DNA of 41,200 nt, from positions 1-41,200 of the forward strand of contig JACPNH010000031.1 in assembly GCA_016185565.1 (NCBI GenBank), written 5' to 3'. Of this stretch, positions 8,966 to 19,200 are shown in pieces. The DNA is from Candidatus Woesearchaeota archaeon (lineage in GTDB: Archaea; Nanobdellota; Nanobdellia; SCGC-AAA011-G17; JAGVZF01). The notes beneath the pieces were generated by a model, which saw only the letters and a list, made by a program, of their open reading frames with translations, did no database searches and had not been told where the DNA came from. Numbering within the stretch: position 1 is the first letter of the stretch; each line of letters begins with the position of its first letter. The position numbers were made by a program, and so were the translations under genes.

Positions 8966-11195
8966 TAGTTTCGTCGTCATTATATTCCTTATTCAATATT
9001 CTATCGATTTCGCTTGCCTTTTTTCCCCCAATATTCTCAATTTTTTTCAGTTCATCTTGTGAAAGATTTATTAGGTTTCTTACAGTTTTGAATTTTTTTA
9101 ATAATGATTTTGCCAAAACTGGACCAATACCAGGCAATGATTGTATGATGAATTCCTGTAATTCAGAATCTGTGAGTGGTTTTTTCTCACCTCTTATTAT
9201 TATGCTTCTATTATCTTCTTTTTGTTCTCTTGTTGCTATAACTTTTAATAAAGCAGCAGTATCTTGAGTATTTTTTGTGAATAAGATAGGTACATTATAA
9301 TTTAAAGCTATAGCAGCAAGCATTCCACGAATTGCGTTTGGATGCATATTTCTTATAGAGTATATATCCTCTTCACCAGATATTATTAATAATGGATTTG
9401 TAAAATTATTTCTCAAGTCCCTAATTTGCGGCAACAATCTGTTGTCTATTATAGAATTAATAAAGTCCTCCTTAGTTTTGAATTCAACACCAACCCTGTC
9501 ACTTAGAAGATAATCTCCAGACACTAAATTTTCCGTGACTACATTAACCCCCAGATTTATAAGATCTTTAATAACACCGGATCCCTTTTCTCTATAATCT
9601 GCAATAATTTTAATTTCGGAGTTACCCTTAACAAAAGCACTAATTTTTTGCTGGTTGTTTTGTTCGGAGCTTAGCTTTAATTTTTCTTTAATATTTTTTA
9701 GTAGTCTATACATTCTTTTTTCTTTGTTATGGGCTACCCAATGATAAGCCTCATCCCTAGAATTTTTAGTCATTAGGACTATCAATTGTCCTTTATGATG
9801 CCTAGCAGTCCTTCCTCTTCTTTGGATAGATCGTATAGCGCTAGGCACTGGTTCATAAAAAATGACAACATCTACTTTTGGTATGTCAAGACCTTCTTCT
9901 CCTATAGAGGTACTGACTAAAACATTATATGTCCCATCTATAAATTTGTCTATAATTTCTCGCTGTTCTCTTTGACTTAAGCCAGTCTCCCCTTTTTTTA
10001 ATTGTCCTACAAATAATTTAGCCTTTACATTTTCTATCTTATTTAGCTCTTTTTCTATATTTGAAGCAGAAGATCGGTATTGGTTGAAAATTATTATTTT
10101 TATATTCTTATTATTATCAAACTTCTCTTTTATTATTTCTTTTAATTTGTTTAGCTTAGGATGATTAATATTATTTTTATATAATTCTTCTGCCTTGAAG
10201 CAGGCTGATTTAAAATTAGGATCTTTTATTAAATTTTTAACGGCTTTAACTTTTTTCTTTTCACCTTCTTGGAACAAATTTTTCATATACGAATGCAGGG
10301 AGTAAATGCCTTGTGTTTCTAATAGTTCTATAGAATGGTGGATTTTTATTGTTTCTGCAATTAGAGAGATTACATGCCAAATAACAAAATTTTTTTCTCC
10401 CCTCGAAATTTTAGCGTGCGCTTGTGCTTGTATAACTAATAAATCCTTTTTATTTATTGTGTTTGGGTTTAAGTTGTTTAGAACACCGAAATTTTTTAAT
10501 TTTATTAGCCTCTCTTTTATCGTATCTTCTAGATATACCTTTATTTCTTTTAATTCATCTGTAAGATCCAATTTTATCCATTCAATATCGATGTCTTTAA
10601 TATATGGAGATACGTCTTTATCATACTCTGTTCTGATTTCTATGTCTTCAATAAAAGCATTTTTACAAACTTCAGAAATTTTATTGATATCTGACCCAGG
10701 GGATGCTGTTAGTCCTATAATTCTTGGGTAGGCTGCATTTTTTTGATAGTGCTTGCAAATGTGTATATAATCATAATTCCCTACACACCGATGCACTTCA
10801 TCTAATATAAGTAAGGAAACATTTTTTATATCTATGCTAGCATTTATGATGTCATTTAAGCAACCTTGAGGTGTTGATATTATTATTTGTGCATTATCCC
10901 ACATGAGCTTTCTCTTTTCAGGACTTATCTCTCCTGTAAACAAAACCACATTATTTGAAACCATGTCTAAGGAGTCTGTATACTCCTTGTATATTTGATT
11001 TGCAAGAGGTTTTGTAGGTGTTAAAAATAAAACCTTAGAATTAGGAAAATTATTTAATCTGTATGCACTAACTAGGATGGATGTTTTTGTTTTCCCTAGT
11101 CCTGTCGGTAAAACTATCAAACAATTTTTTTTTATGCATGAATTTAAAATATTCTCTTGATATTGCCTAGGAGTAAAATTTTTTATTTTTATCAT
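8958..11195 (-). CDS. hef: Hef/FANCM-like SF2 helicase fused to ERCC4/XPF nuclease and HhH
   Basis: PRQYQ Q-motif, LPTGLGKT, DEVH, TAS, EEGLDIP, QRRGRTAR; C-terminal ADYRE, GDY, EFK..DF and HhH (SLPGIGP). ATG at 11195 preferred over TTG at 11216. Confidence 0.93.
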   Translation of the reverse strand: MIKIKNFTPRQYQENILNSCIKKNCLIVLPTGLGKTKTSILVSAYRLNNFPNSKVLFLTPTKPLANQIYKEYTDSLDMVSNNVVLFTGEISPEKRKLMWDNAQIIISTPQGCLNDIINASIDIKNVSLLILDEVHRCVGNYDYIHICKHYQKNAAYPRIIGLTASPGSDINKISEVCKNAFIEDIEIRTEYDKDVSPYIKDIDIEWIKLDLTDELKEIKVYLEDTIKERLIKLKNFGVLNNLNPNTINKKDLLVIQAQAHAKISRGEKNFVIWHVISLIAETIKIHHSIELLETQGIYSLHSYMKNLFQEGEKKKVKAVKNLIKDPNFKSACFKAEELYKNNINHPKLNKLKEIIKEKFDNNKNIKIIIFNQYRSSASNIEKELNKIENVKAKLFVGQLKKGETGLSQREQREIIDKFIDGTYNVLVSTSIGEEGLDIPKVDVVIFYEPVPSAIRSIQRRGRTARHHKGQLIVLMTKNSRDEAYHWVAHNKEKRMYRLLKNIKEKLKLSSEQNNQQKISAFVKGNSEIKIIADYREKGSGVIKDLINLGVNVVTENLVSGDYLLSDRVGVEFKTKEDFINSIIDNRLLPQIRDLRNNFTNPLLIISGEEDIYSIRNMHPNAIRGMLAAIALNYNVPILFTKNTQDTAALLKVIATREQKEDNRSIIIRGEKKPLTDSELQEFIIQSLPGIGPVLAKSLLKKFKTVRNLINLSQDELKKIENIGGKKASEIDRILNKEYNDDETTT

Positions 11196-11245
11196 TAGCA
11201 ACCTAAAACCTAACAATTTAAATAACTTTTTACAATCATCTTTTC

Positions 11246-11512
11246 ATGGCTTTAAAATTTTTTGGATTAATGGATTTGCTTGCATGGATAAGTCTAGTTT
11301 TGTTTCAGTTTGGGTTATATAAAGATATGTTACTATTTTTCGCTTTATATCTTTTAATAAAAGGGTTCTTATTCTTCCCAGATATTGTTAGCTTGCTTGA
11401 TGGTGTTACAGGATTTTTTTTCTTGCTCGCCTTTCTTGGGGTTTTTAATATTGTTACTTGGTTAATGTTTATTTTTTTAATGCAAAAATCATTTTTTTCT
11501 TTGTTCTTATAG
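11246..11512 (+). CDS. Small hydrophobic membrane protein
   Basis: 88 aa, almost entirely hydrophobic, with a repeated Asp-containing motif (GLMDLL, SLLDGV). Confidence 0.7.
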   Translation: MALKFFGLMDLLAWISLVLFQFGLYKDMLLFFALYLLIKGFLFFPDIVSLLDGVTGFFFLLAFLGVFNIVTWLMFIFLMQKSFFSLFL

Positions 11513-11571
11513 AAAGAAAACTAGTACACACTTTAATCTGTAGATGAATTTCGGCAACTAATAATGAAAAA

Positions 11572-12324
11572 TCACTTTTGTGAACTATAGAAATATACTA
11601 TTGTGATCAATGATGCTAATACCAACGCAATTATAAATGTCATTATAATATTTATATTGTTGATTAATAATAAAAAGGCCAATGTAAACAGTACAAAAAA
11701 TAGATATGTAAAAGGTGATCTGAAAAAAATATAATTACCATCCAAACGTGGAAATGGTAACATGCTGTAAATAGCAAGCATGGAATTTATTAAAACCCCT
11801 TCATTCCATCCTAGAATTTTGAAAATTGCAATCAAAATAAGACTAACTAAGGGCCCAATTATAGCAATAGAAATAACCTCTGATTTTTGGAGCTCTTTTA
11901 AATTTTTATGGGCTCTTTTGTTTATATCAATACTTAAAAGAGTTTGACCAATAGCAGCGAAAATAAATTTTCCTTTTGATACTATAGCCAATAATATGCC
12001 TAAAAATGCTCCTATGTAGAAATTATTAATTTTGAAGTTAAAAATAGTTATTGGAAGTGCCGACCTTCTCCTGAAACCAAATCTTTGTATGGCCCATAAT
12101 CTATAATCAGCAATAGCACCTATTTTGTTAGCAACAATTTTATGGCTCATTTCATGTAGAATCAATGAAATACTGACTAATATCAGTATAACAAAAAAGT
12201 TAGATAGCCATAAAGACAATACAAATTCTGGTCGTTTATCATCAAAACCAAATATAACACTAAGTAATATTATAGATAGTATCAAATGTTTCTTTTCAAT
12301 CTTACTAAATTTGATATTAACCAC
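11572..12324 (-). CDS. M50 (site-2 protease) family membrane metalloprotease
   Basis: HEMSH (HExxH) within a TM helix, IIGP, and LPFPRLDG. Confidence 0.82.
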   Translation of the reverse strand: MVNIKFSKIEKKHLILSIILLSVIFGFDDKRPEFVLSLWLSNFFVILILVSISLILHEMSHKIVANKIGAIADYRLWAIQRFGFRRRSALPITIFNFKINNFYIGAFLGILLAIVSKGKFIFAAIGQTLLSIDINKRAHKNLKELQKSEVISIAIIGPLVSLILIAIFKILGWNEGVLINSMLAIYSMLPFPRLDGNYIFFRSPFTYLFFVLFTLAFLLLINNINIIMTFIIALVLASLITIVYFYSSQK

Positions 12325-13003
12325 TTTTTATAATTTTTATTAAACCAGGGATATGGCCTGCTCCCACTATGGCCAATATTTTTTTATTAGGATTATCTTT
12401 GATTAATCTATTTAAATTTTTTGCAATTACTTTATTTCTCTCTTCTATCAAAGCTTTATAAAAGGAGGGATATCTTTTCTTTAATAAATTCAATATAATA
12501 GCTATAAATTTATCTTCATGCACTTTTGTAAGATCAATTTTTGAAAAATCAACATTTTCTACCTTGTTTATAAAAGGACTTTTTATAAAATCTAAAAATA
12601 ATCTTACTTTTTCCTTAAAAGTAATAAGTTGGGATAGCCTCTTTAGTGTAATTCTAATGTTCTGATCAACTAAGTGGAGCTCTATTTTATTTTCTTTGGC
12701 TAGGTTAATGGCAATAAGCATTTCAGAACCAGGATTAACTCCAACTAATTTGCCCAATCTCTTTTGTATTAAGGCGCCTATCAGATTGAATAAGAAGCCT
12801 TTAAAACCAATATGTTTTATGTCACTTACAGAAATTTTTTTCTTTTCTGGGTTAAGCAATGCATCTAGCCTTAAATGATCTAGTTCAACAGCTAAAATGT
12901 CTGGCTTTTTATATGCGATAAAATCTTTGACTTCGTTTAGGCTTTCCTTTGAGATATGGGATGTGCCTATTAAGCTTAAATTTTCAAAAGTAAATGTCGT
13001 CAT
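12317..13003 (-). CDS. TraB/PrgY/GumN family protein
   Basis: IGTSHIS, AVELD, PGSEM, LIEERN, IVGAGHIPG motifs. Confidence 0.88.
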   Translation of the reverse strand: MTTFTFENLSLIGTSHISKESLNEVKDFIAYKKPDILAVELDHLRLDALLNPEKKKISVSDIKHIGFKGFLFNLIGALIQKRLGKLVGVNPGSEMLIAINLAKENKIELHLVDQNIRITLKRLSQLITFKEKVRLFLDFIKSPFINKVENVDFSKIDLTKVHEDKFIAIILNLLKKRYPSFYKALIEERNKVIAKNLNRLIKDNPNKKILAIVGAGHIPGLIKIIKSG

Positions 13004-13085
13004 TCAGAAGAGAAAAATATATAAAGTTATAAATATTTCTTATTGAAAACAGGATATTTAACAAAAAAGTAGAGAGGAGGAAAAA

Positions 13086-13391
13086 ATGGCAATCAAAACT
13101 ATGCTTATTTCAGATGTTTATGGAGCAGAGGTGTTTACTGATACTGGTGATTTCTTCGGAGTAGTGAAAGAAGCGGTGTTAGGGAACAATAAAGTAACTG
13201 GATGGCGCGTAGAAGCAGTAAAAGGCTCTTATTTAAGTAAGGTATTGGGTGGAGCAAAAGGCGTTATAGTTCCACATAACTTAGTGAAGAGTATGGGCGA
13301 TGTAATGATTATAAGTAGAAATGCCTTACCAAGCTATGATGAGTCTGCTGCAGCCAATGTGGAAAAATTAGAAAGCGGAGAAAAACTATAA
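13086..13391 (+). CDS. PRC-barrel protein
   Basis: ISDVYGAEVFTDTGDFFGVV...VIVPHNLVKSMGDVMII; SD-like GAGGAGG upstream. Confidence 0.85.
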   Translation: MAIKTMLISDVYGAEVFTDTGDFFGVVKEAVLGNNKVTGWRVEAVKGSYLSKVLGGAKGVIVPHNLVKSMGDVMIISRNALPSYDESAAANVEKLESGEKL

Positions 13392-13440
13392 CAAAAAACA
13401 TAACTTTTAAATATTACTCTTTTCTTTTTTATATATTGTA

Positions 13441-14016
13441 ATGGCAAGTCCTTTGCAAAATGCAATTGAGTTTTTAAGAGAATTTGGACTTTTTGATATT
13501 GTGCTTCCATTCTTATTAGTATTTACATTAGTTTTTGCTATCCTAGAAAAAACCAGGATTTTAGGAGTAGAAGGTGAAGGAAAAAATCAGCTTCCAAAGA
13601 AAAATCTTAATTCTATGGTGGCGTTTGTTTTTGCTTTAATTGTAGTTGCTACAAATAAAATTGTTACTGCTATTAATTCTGCGTTGCCGAATGTAGTTTT
13701 ATTACTAGTTGTTTTTGTGGCTTTTTTACTGTTGATAAGCACATTTTCAAAGACTGAAGAGATGGATTTCAAGAGCCTGCATCCAGGATACTATAATTTT
13801 TTTGTGTTTGTTAGTATAGCAACTATAGTACTAATATTCCTTGGGTCTATAACAAATTCAAAAGGGCAATCTTGGCTTAGCTTTGCGTGGGATTATGCAA
13901 TAAATAATTTTGAGGGAGCTGTTGTATCTTCGTTAATATTTCTTGCAGTAATATTAGGCGCGATATTCTGGGTTGTAAGACCAGCTCCTAAGACTAAAGG
14001 AAGTGGAGGAGCTTAA
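13441..14016 (+). CDS. Multi-pass membrane protein, paralogue A
   Basis: About 5 TM helices; LPFLLVFTLVFAILEKT motif shared with the next gene. Confidence 0.8.
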   Translation: MASPLQNAIEFLREFGLFDIVLPFLLVFTLVFAILEKTRILGVEGEGKNQLPKKNLNSMVAFVFALIVVATNKIVTAINSALPNVVLLLVVFVAFLLLISTFSKTEEMDFKSLHPGYYNFFVFVSIATIVLIFLGSITNSKGQSWLSFAWDYAINNFEGAVVSSLIFLAVILGAIFWVVRPAPKTKGSGGA

Positions 14017-14600
14017 TGGTAGTCGAATCATTAGACATAGGATCGTTATTTGGAAATTTACAAGCACTTGGATTTTATGATTTTTTATTACCCTTTTTAT
14101 TGGTGTTTACAGTAATTTTTGCTATGCTTGAAAAAACTAAGTTGATGGGAACTACTGAAGATCGTAAGCCAAGAACTAATATAAATACCTTATTAGCCTT
14201 AATAGTTGGGTTAATTGTTGTTGTGCAAACAAGCATTGTTGAAATAATTAACAACTATCTTTCAAAAATGTCCTTATTTATTATTATAGTGTTAATATTT
14301 TTATTAGTAGTAGGTATTTTTGGAGGAAATATAGAGAATGGATTTACTGGATGGCCTTTGGGTATAGCATTTATAATAAGTGTGATAGCTGTTTTATGGG
14401 CCTTGTCTCCTGAATTAGGACTTGGTGATTTCTTTAATAGATATTACATATTCACGGATGCTGACAAAGGGCTATTGTTATTTGCAGCGATATTCTTCCT
14501 TGTGGTATGGATGGTAACTAAAAAACCAAGAGGCGATCATCCAAGTTGGATTACTAATTTAGGAGATGCGTTATCTGGTCGTGTAGGGAGACACCCTTAG
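14016..14600 (+). CDS. Multi-pass membrane protein, paralogue B
   Basis: LPFLLVFTVIFAMLEKT; TAATG stop/start overlap with paralogue A. Confidence 0.8.
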   Translation: MVVESLDIGSLFGNLQALGFYDFLLPFLLVFTVIFAMLEKTKLMGTTEDRKPRTNINTLLALIVGLIVVVQTSIVEIINNYLSKMSLFIIIVLIFLLVVGIFGGNIENGFTGWPLGIAFIISVIAVLWALSPELGLGDFFNRYYIFTDADKGLLLFAAIFFLVVWMVTKKPRGDHPSWITNLGDALSGRVGRHP

Positions 14601-14605
14601 CTAAA

Positions 14606-15139
14606 ATGGCAACTCTGCTAGATGTAAGCTTATTGAAATTCTTTCTGCCAGCATTTACTTTCTTGTTTATAGTTATTTTAAGTTACGCTATGTTTAGGGT
14701 GATATTAAAGGACTTAGATGACAGAGCTAAATGGATTGCTTCTGTTTCTCTTGGTTTAATAGCTTTATTTTCTGGAAGTGCGATAGACTTAATCAATTTC
14801 ATTACACCATGGTTTGTGGTAATAATGGTTTTTTTAGTGTTGGTATTTATGAGCTTAATGTTCTGGACTACAAAACCAGAAGAGATGCAAAAAGATATAT
14901 TAAGTGCCTTGGGAGGCATAAATACAATCGTTATTATAGGAATATTGATAGTTGTGTTGGGCATTTCACAAGTTTTTGGGCCGGTATTTGATCCATATGC
15001 GCCAGGCGGACCGGCAGAAAGAACTATTGGAGGAGAGACTATAAGGACATTATTTCACCCAAGGATTTTAGGAGCGATATTTATTTTAATTGTAGCAGCG
15101 TTTGCAATCCAAAGAATTACAGATGTGACAGCTAAATAA
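14606..15139 (+). CDS. Multi-pass membrane protein, divergent paralogue C
   Basis: About 5 TM helices with the same spacing (FLPAFTFLFIVILSYAM...AIDLINFITPW). Confidence 0.75.
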   Translation: MATLLDVSLLKFFLPAFTFLFIVILSYAMFRVILKDLDDRAKWIASVSLGLIALFSGSAIDLINFITPWFVVIMVFLVLVFMSLMFWTTKPEEMQKDILSALGGINTIVIIGILIVVLGISQVFGPVFDPYAPGGPAERTIGGETIRTLFHPRILGAIFILIVAAFAIQRITDVTAK

Positions 15140-15140
15140 G

Positions 15141-15836
15141 CTATTTTCTCTTCTTTCTCTTTAATTCTTCGGTTACTTTTTGAAGATCTTTTATGTTTGT
15201 AGTGAGAGGCTCAAGTATTTTTTCAAGTACTTTTTCTAATGCCTTTATTTCTGTGCCTATTTCTTTGACATCTTTGTCGTATTCAGAAACTTTTCCTAGA
15301 ACTGCCCTTTGAAGACTGTCAAAACGTTCTTGAGTTCGAATTAATTCTTGTTTTATTGAAAGTATATCAGTTTTTACCCTTTCTTTCCATACTGTCATAT
15401 CACCAATATCTTTTACAAAATCTTCCCATTTTTCTTTAACTATAGATTCGGCTATTTCTTCTATCCTTTCAGTGTATGTATCGCGCTGTTGGCCTATAAA
15501 ACCCTGATATTGCGGAATTTGATTGTCTACAGGTTGATTTCCTGGTTGATAGCCTCGAAAATTATTTTGAGATGATTGAATATTAAATTCTGGTGGGTTA
15601 GGGAAGTCCATATTTTCTTGTCCGGAGGGAGAGGGCGCATCTTCAAGTCCGACATCTTGGTTTATTGTATTTTTGATTTCTGATTGGTTTATTGCATCTG
15701 AAATTTCTTGTAGGCTGTAGTTTTGATTCCTTAAATTTTCAATAATTTGGCTGTTAGAATATCCTTGTTTTCTGAGGCTAAGCACAGTGTCTACAGGAAC
15801 AGGTTTAGATTTTTTTTCTGCCACGTTTTTTCCCAC
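15141..15836 (-). CDS. Hypothetical protein: small helical domain, P/Q/N-rich linker, C-terminal coiled coil
   Basis: 231 aa; heptad-rich C-terminal half. GTG start at 15836 or 15824. Confidence 0.75.
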   Translation of the reverse strand: MGKNVAEKKSKPVPVDTVLSLRKQGYSNSQIIENLRNQNYSLQEISDAINQSEIKNTINQDVGLEDAPSPSGQENMDFPNPPEFNIQSSQNNFRGYQPGNQPVDNQIPQYQGFIGQQRDTYTERIEEIAESIVKEKWEDFVKDIGDMTVWKERVKTDILSIKQELIRTQERFDSLQRAVLGKVSEYDKDVKEIGTEIKALEKVLEKILEPLTTNIKDLQKVTEELKRKKRK

Positions 15837-16185
15837 TTGTTTTTAGCAATTCTTTGACTTGATCTTCAGTTACAAACTTCAAAGGATTCCACATGTTAAT
15901 ATATTTTTCTAAAACTTTGACATCTTCCTTCTTTGCGAAAGAATCAAATTCTTTTATTAAAGTGCGAAGAGATTCTTTTATTACAAATACGTCATTTTTT
16001 ATTTCCTTAATGTCGGAATTTAATGAATCTATTTGCACCATTAATTTTTTATGAGACTCTACCATATTTTGGTTTATTAAGAAAATTCTGTCTCTTGCTA
16101 AAGAATATTTACTTTCAAGGATTCTTATCCTGCCAGAAAGTTCGTTTAATTCTGAATATTGTTCATTCTGAAATTCTTGCGCCAT
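15805..16185 (-). CDS. Hypothetical coiled-coil protein
   Basis: 126 aa heptad pattern ending VLEKYINMWNPLKFV and a basic tail; overlaps the downstream gene. Confidence 0.75.
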   Translation of the reverse strand: MAQEFQNEQYSELNELSGRIRILESKYSLARDRIFLINQNMVESHKKLMVQIDSLNSDIKEIKNDVFVIKESLRTLIKEFDSFAKKEDVKVLEKYINMWNPLKFVTEDQVKELLKTSGKKRGRKKI

Positions 16186-16287
16186 TTTATTTAGTTTTGT
16201 GAAACGAAAATTATTTTAACTTATTAGGCAATATAAAGGCTTATAAGTAATAAAAGTTATGTTGTTTATGTTAAGTGGTGATTATTT
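16186..16287. promoter_or_regulatory. Divergent promoter region between the coiled-coil genes and the pilus ATPase
   Basis: 102-bp gap with TATA-like elements (ATATAAA ~16232, CTTATAAG ~16240) and SD-like GGTGA before 16288. Confidence 0.45.
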
Positions 16288-19200
16288 ATGTTTACTAAAA
16301 AAATAAACCCAGGCGGTTTTGAGCTTATTAAGGAGGGGGAAGAAGAGGTAATGAAGATAAATTATGAAGGCCTTAGCATAAACCCTAGCTTAGAAGACAG
16401 CGATGAATGTATGGCAGATACTATAGACAAACTTGTTCAAGTTCCAAGTGTTAACAGAATAATCTTTTTTCAGAGGAGAAATTTTGAATATGGTTATGAA
16501 CAAACTCAGATTTTAAGGGAAATTGCAAATATTTTTAGTCATTTAAACAGGCAAAAAAGATTGATTTATTTTATAAACTCTTTAAATTATCATGCAAAAT
16601 CAAATGAGTTAAGGATTATAATTCAAAGTATATTAAAATCAGATCCTATTGGGGCGTATGTCGAGCTAAAAAGGCTCATTAGGGAAGAGAAGCTAATTTT
16701 AAGTAGATTAACTACTAAAGAAGAAACAACATTAAGCAAAAATTACCTACAAATTCTGGAATACGTGTTTAATCTTCTTGACAAGTCAAAGCTTATTAAA
16801 TCAGCAAGGCATTACTTAGATGGGCATGCTCTTGGGAACAGATTTATTTATAAATCCATTTTTAGGGCGAGCATTACACCAGATTTTATGCTTACAAGAT
16901 TGGCTGCAGAAGTTCCCTTAGATGCAATCGAAGTCGATGCTTACAAAATTGACAATGACAATGAAGTAACCATTTACAGAACAAAAGATGATATAAAATA
17001 TTTGTACCATATAAATCCAATTGAGTTTAAAATTTCTGAAGATGAATACGATTTAGTAGAAACTGCCAGGCAAGTATTGTCTGAACATCAACCTAAAGCA
17101 GAGGAATTCGTTAATCCTGAAAAGATAAGACAGACTTTTTTCAATATCGGCAGAGATTTAATAACAGAATTGGCAGAGCATAAAAATATCGATTTGGACT
17201 ATGAAAAAATAAAGAAACTTGCGGAAATTTTAGTTAGGTATACAGTTGGTTTTGGGCTAATCGAAATATTGCTTAAGGATGAAAAAATACAAGATATAAG
17301 TGTTAATGGGCCAATTGGAGAGACCTCTGTATTCATAGTTCATCAGGATTTTGAAGAGTGTATAACAAATATAGTTCCTAGCAAAGAAGATGGGCAGAGC
17401 TGGGCAACAAAATTTAGGATTATAAGCGGAAGGCCATTGGATGAGGCAAATCCTGTTCTAGATACGGAATTAATAGTTCCAGGAGCAAAAGCAAGAGTTG
17501 CTATAATATCTAATCCTTTGAACCCCTTAGGCTTAGGTTATTCATTTAGGAGACATCGTGACAATCCTTGGACCTTACCATTATTTATTAATAATAGCAT
17601 GATTAATAGCTTAGGTGCTGGGTTAATTAGCTTTTTAGTGGATGGCAATAGGTCTTTATTAGTAGCGGGAACAAGGAGTTCAGGAAAAACTAGTTTTTTG
17701 GGCAGCATTATGGTTGAAATAATGAGCAAGTATAGGATAATATCTGTAGAAGATAGTGTTACAGGAGATACTGAGATTCTAATCAGGAAAAATAAAAAAA
17801 TCGAAAGAACCACTGTTGGAAAACTAATTGACTGTATGATTTTAGAATATGGGAGCTGGTATACTCTTTCTGGTCATGAAATATTAGGTAATTATGAAGA
17901 TACAGAGATTTTAGCTATGAACAAAGAGGGAAAAATTATATGGACTAGATTTAGTAAATTGATTAGGCATAAAACTGATAAGAATATTTATGAAATCTGG
18001 ACTAGGACTGGCCGAAGAATAAAAGTTACAGGCGATCATTCTCTTTTCACCTCAGGTATCAATGCCCAGATAACTGCATTTAAGGTAAAAGATTGCAAGA
18101 TAGGAAATTTAATTGCTGTACCAAGACAGTTTCCAGCAACTAACAAAGATACAAAATCTGTTATTGTTTTAGATTATATTCATAAATTAAAAGGCGGGTA
18201 TCTTTACGGTGAAGGATTAACAAACTTCATTAAATATAATAAATATGAAATTATCCAACTTGGAAAGGAGTATGGCAATTCAAAATGTACTATATGTAGA
18301 TGGTTAAGAAAAAATTTACTTCCCATAAATATTGTAAAAGATCTCGATTCATTGGGTCAAAAAATACAATATGCTGACAATATTTACTATAAATCCGCCC
18401 ATATAGGCAAGGGTTTACCGGTAAAAATAGACTTGGACGAAACTTTTTTGACATTTATCGGTCTTTGGTTAGCTGATGGATGTTATGACAAAAAATCTGT
18501 AATCCTTTCTGTTGCAGAGCCTGAAAACAAAGAAATATTTATAAAACTTGCAATAAGATTCGGCTTTAACTTGAAAAAACATTCAGATAAATTTTCCATT
18601 ATACTTAATTCTAGTACATTAAAAGAAATACTTATGAATGTCTTTAATTTAAAGGGAAATGCTTATACAAAAAGAATCCCTGGGTGGGCGTTCACTTTAT
18701 CCAAAAATCAAATATCATTCATATTGAAAGGCGTGTATAGTGGGGATGGATGTGTATCGGACAAGGAAATTGTCATGTCTCTAGCATCCAGAAAATTATT
18801 GTCGGATATACAAACTTTGTTTTTGTATTTTGGAATAATATTAAGAATATGCCAAACACCGAGAAAAGATAACACGTTTCGCTCCTCTATTTCTGCGCAT
18901 AATTTTTGGAGAATATTTCAACATGAGATTGGAATTCTGCCATCCGCAAAAGCAGAAAAATTAAAGATTTTATGTTCAAAAAAATCCAGCCATGATACAA
19001 GTGATATTTTACCATTAGAAATGGCGGAGAAGGAAAAATTATCGTTATTGTTAGATAATTTTAACTCTTTCGACTATATAAAAAGAAATAATTCAATAGG
19101 TAGAACAAAATTAAAACAGATAGTCCTTCAAATGTCGGGTAATGATCAATTCACCTCTAATTTGTGCTTGTTAAGTAATTCAGATATATTATGGGATAGG

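Noticed and set aside
9460..9520. Hef nuclease motif EFK instead of ERK, suggesting inactivity
   Set aside because: The acidic residues and Lys are retained; one substitution is not enough to call it inactive.
12317..13003. TraB as evidence of a conjugative element
   Set aside because: TraB/PrgY/GumN is a widespread protease-like family; no relaxase, VirB4 or integrase is present.
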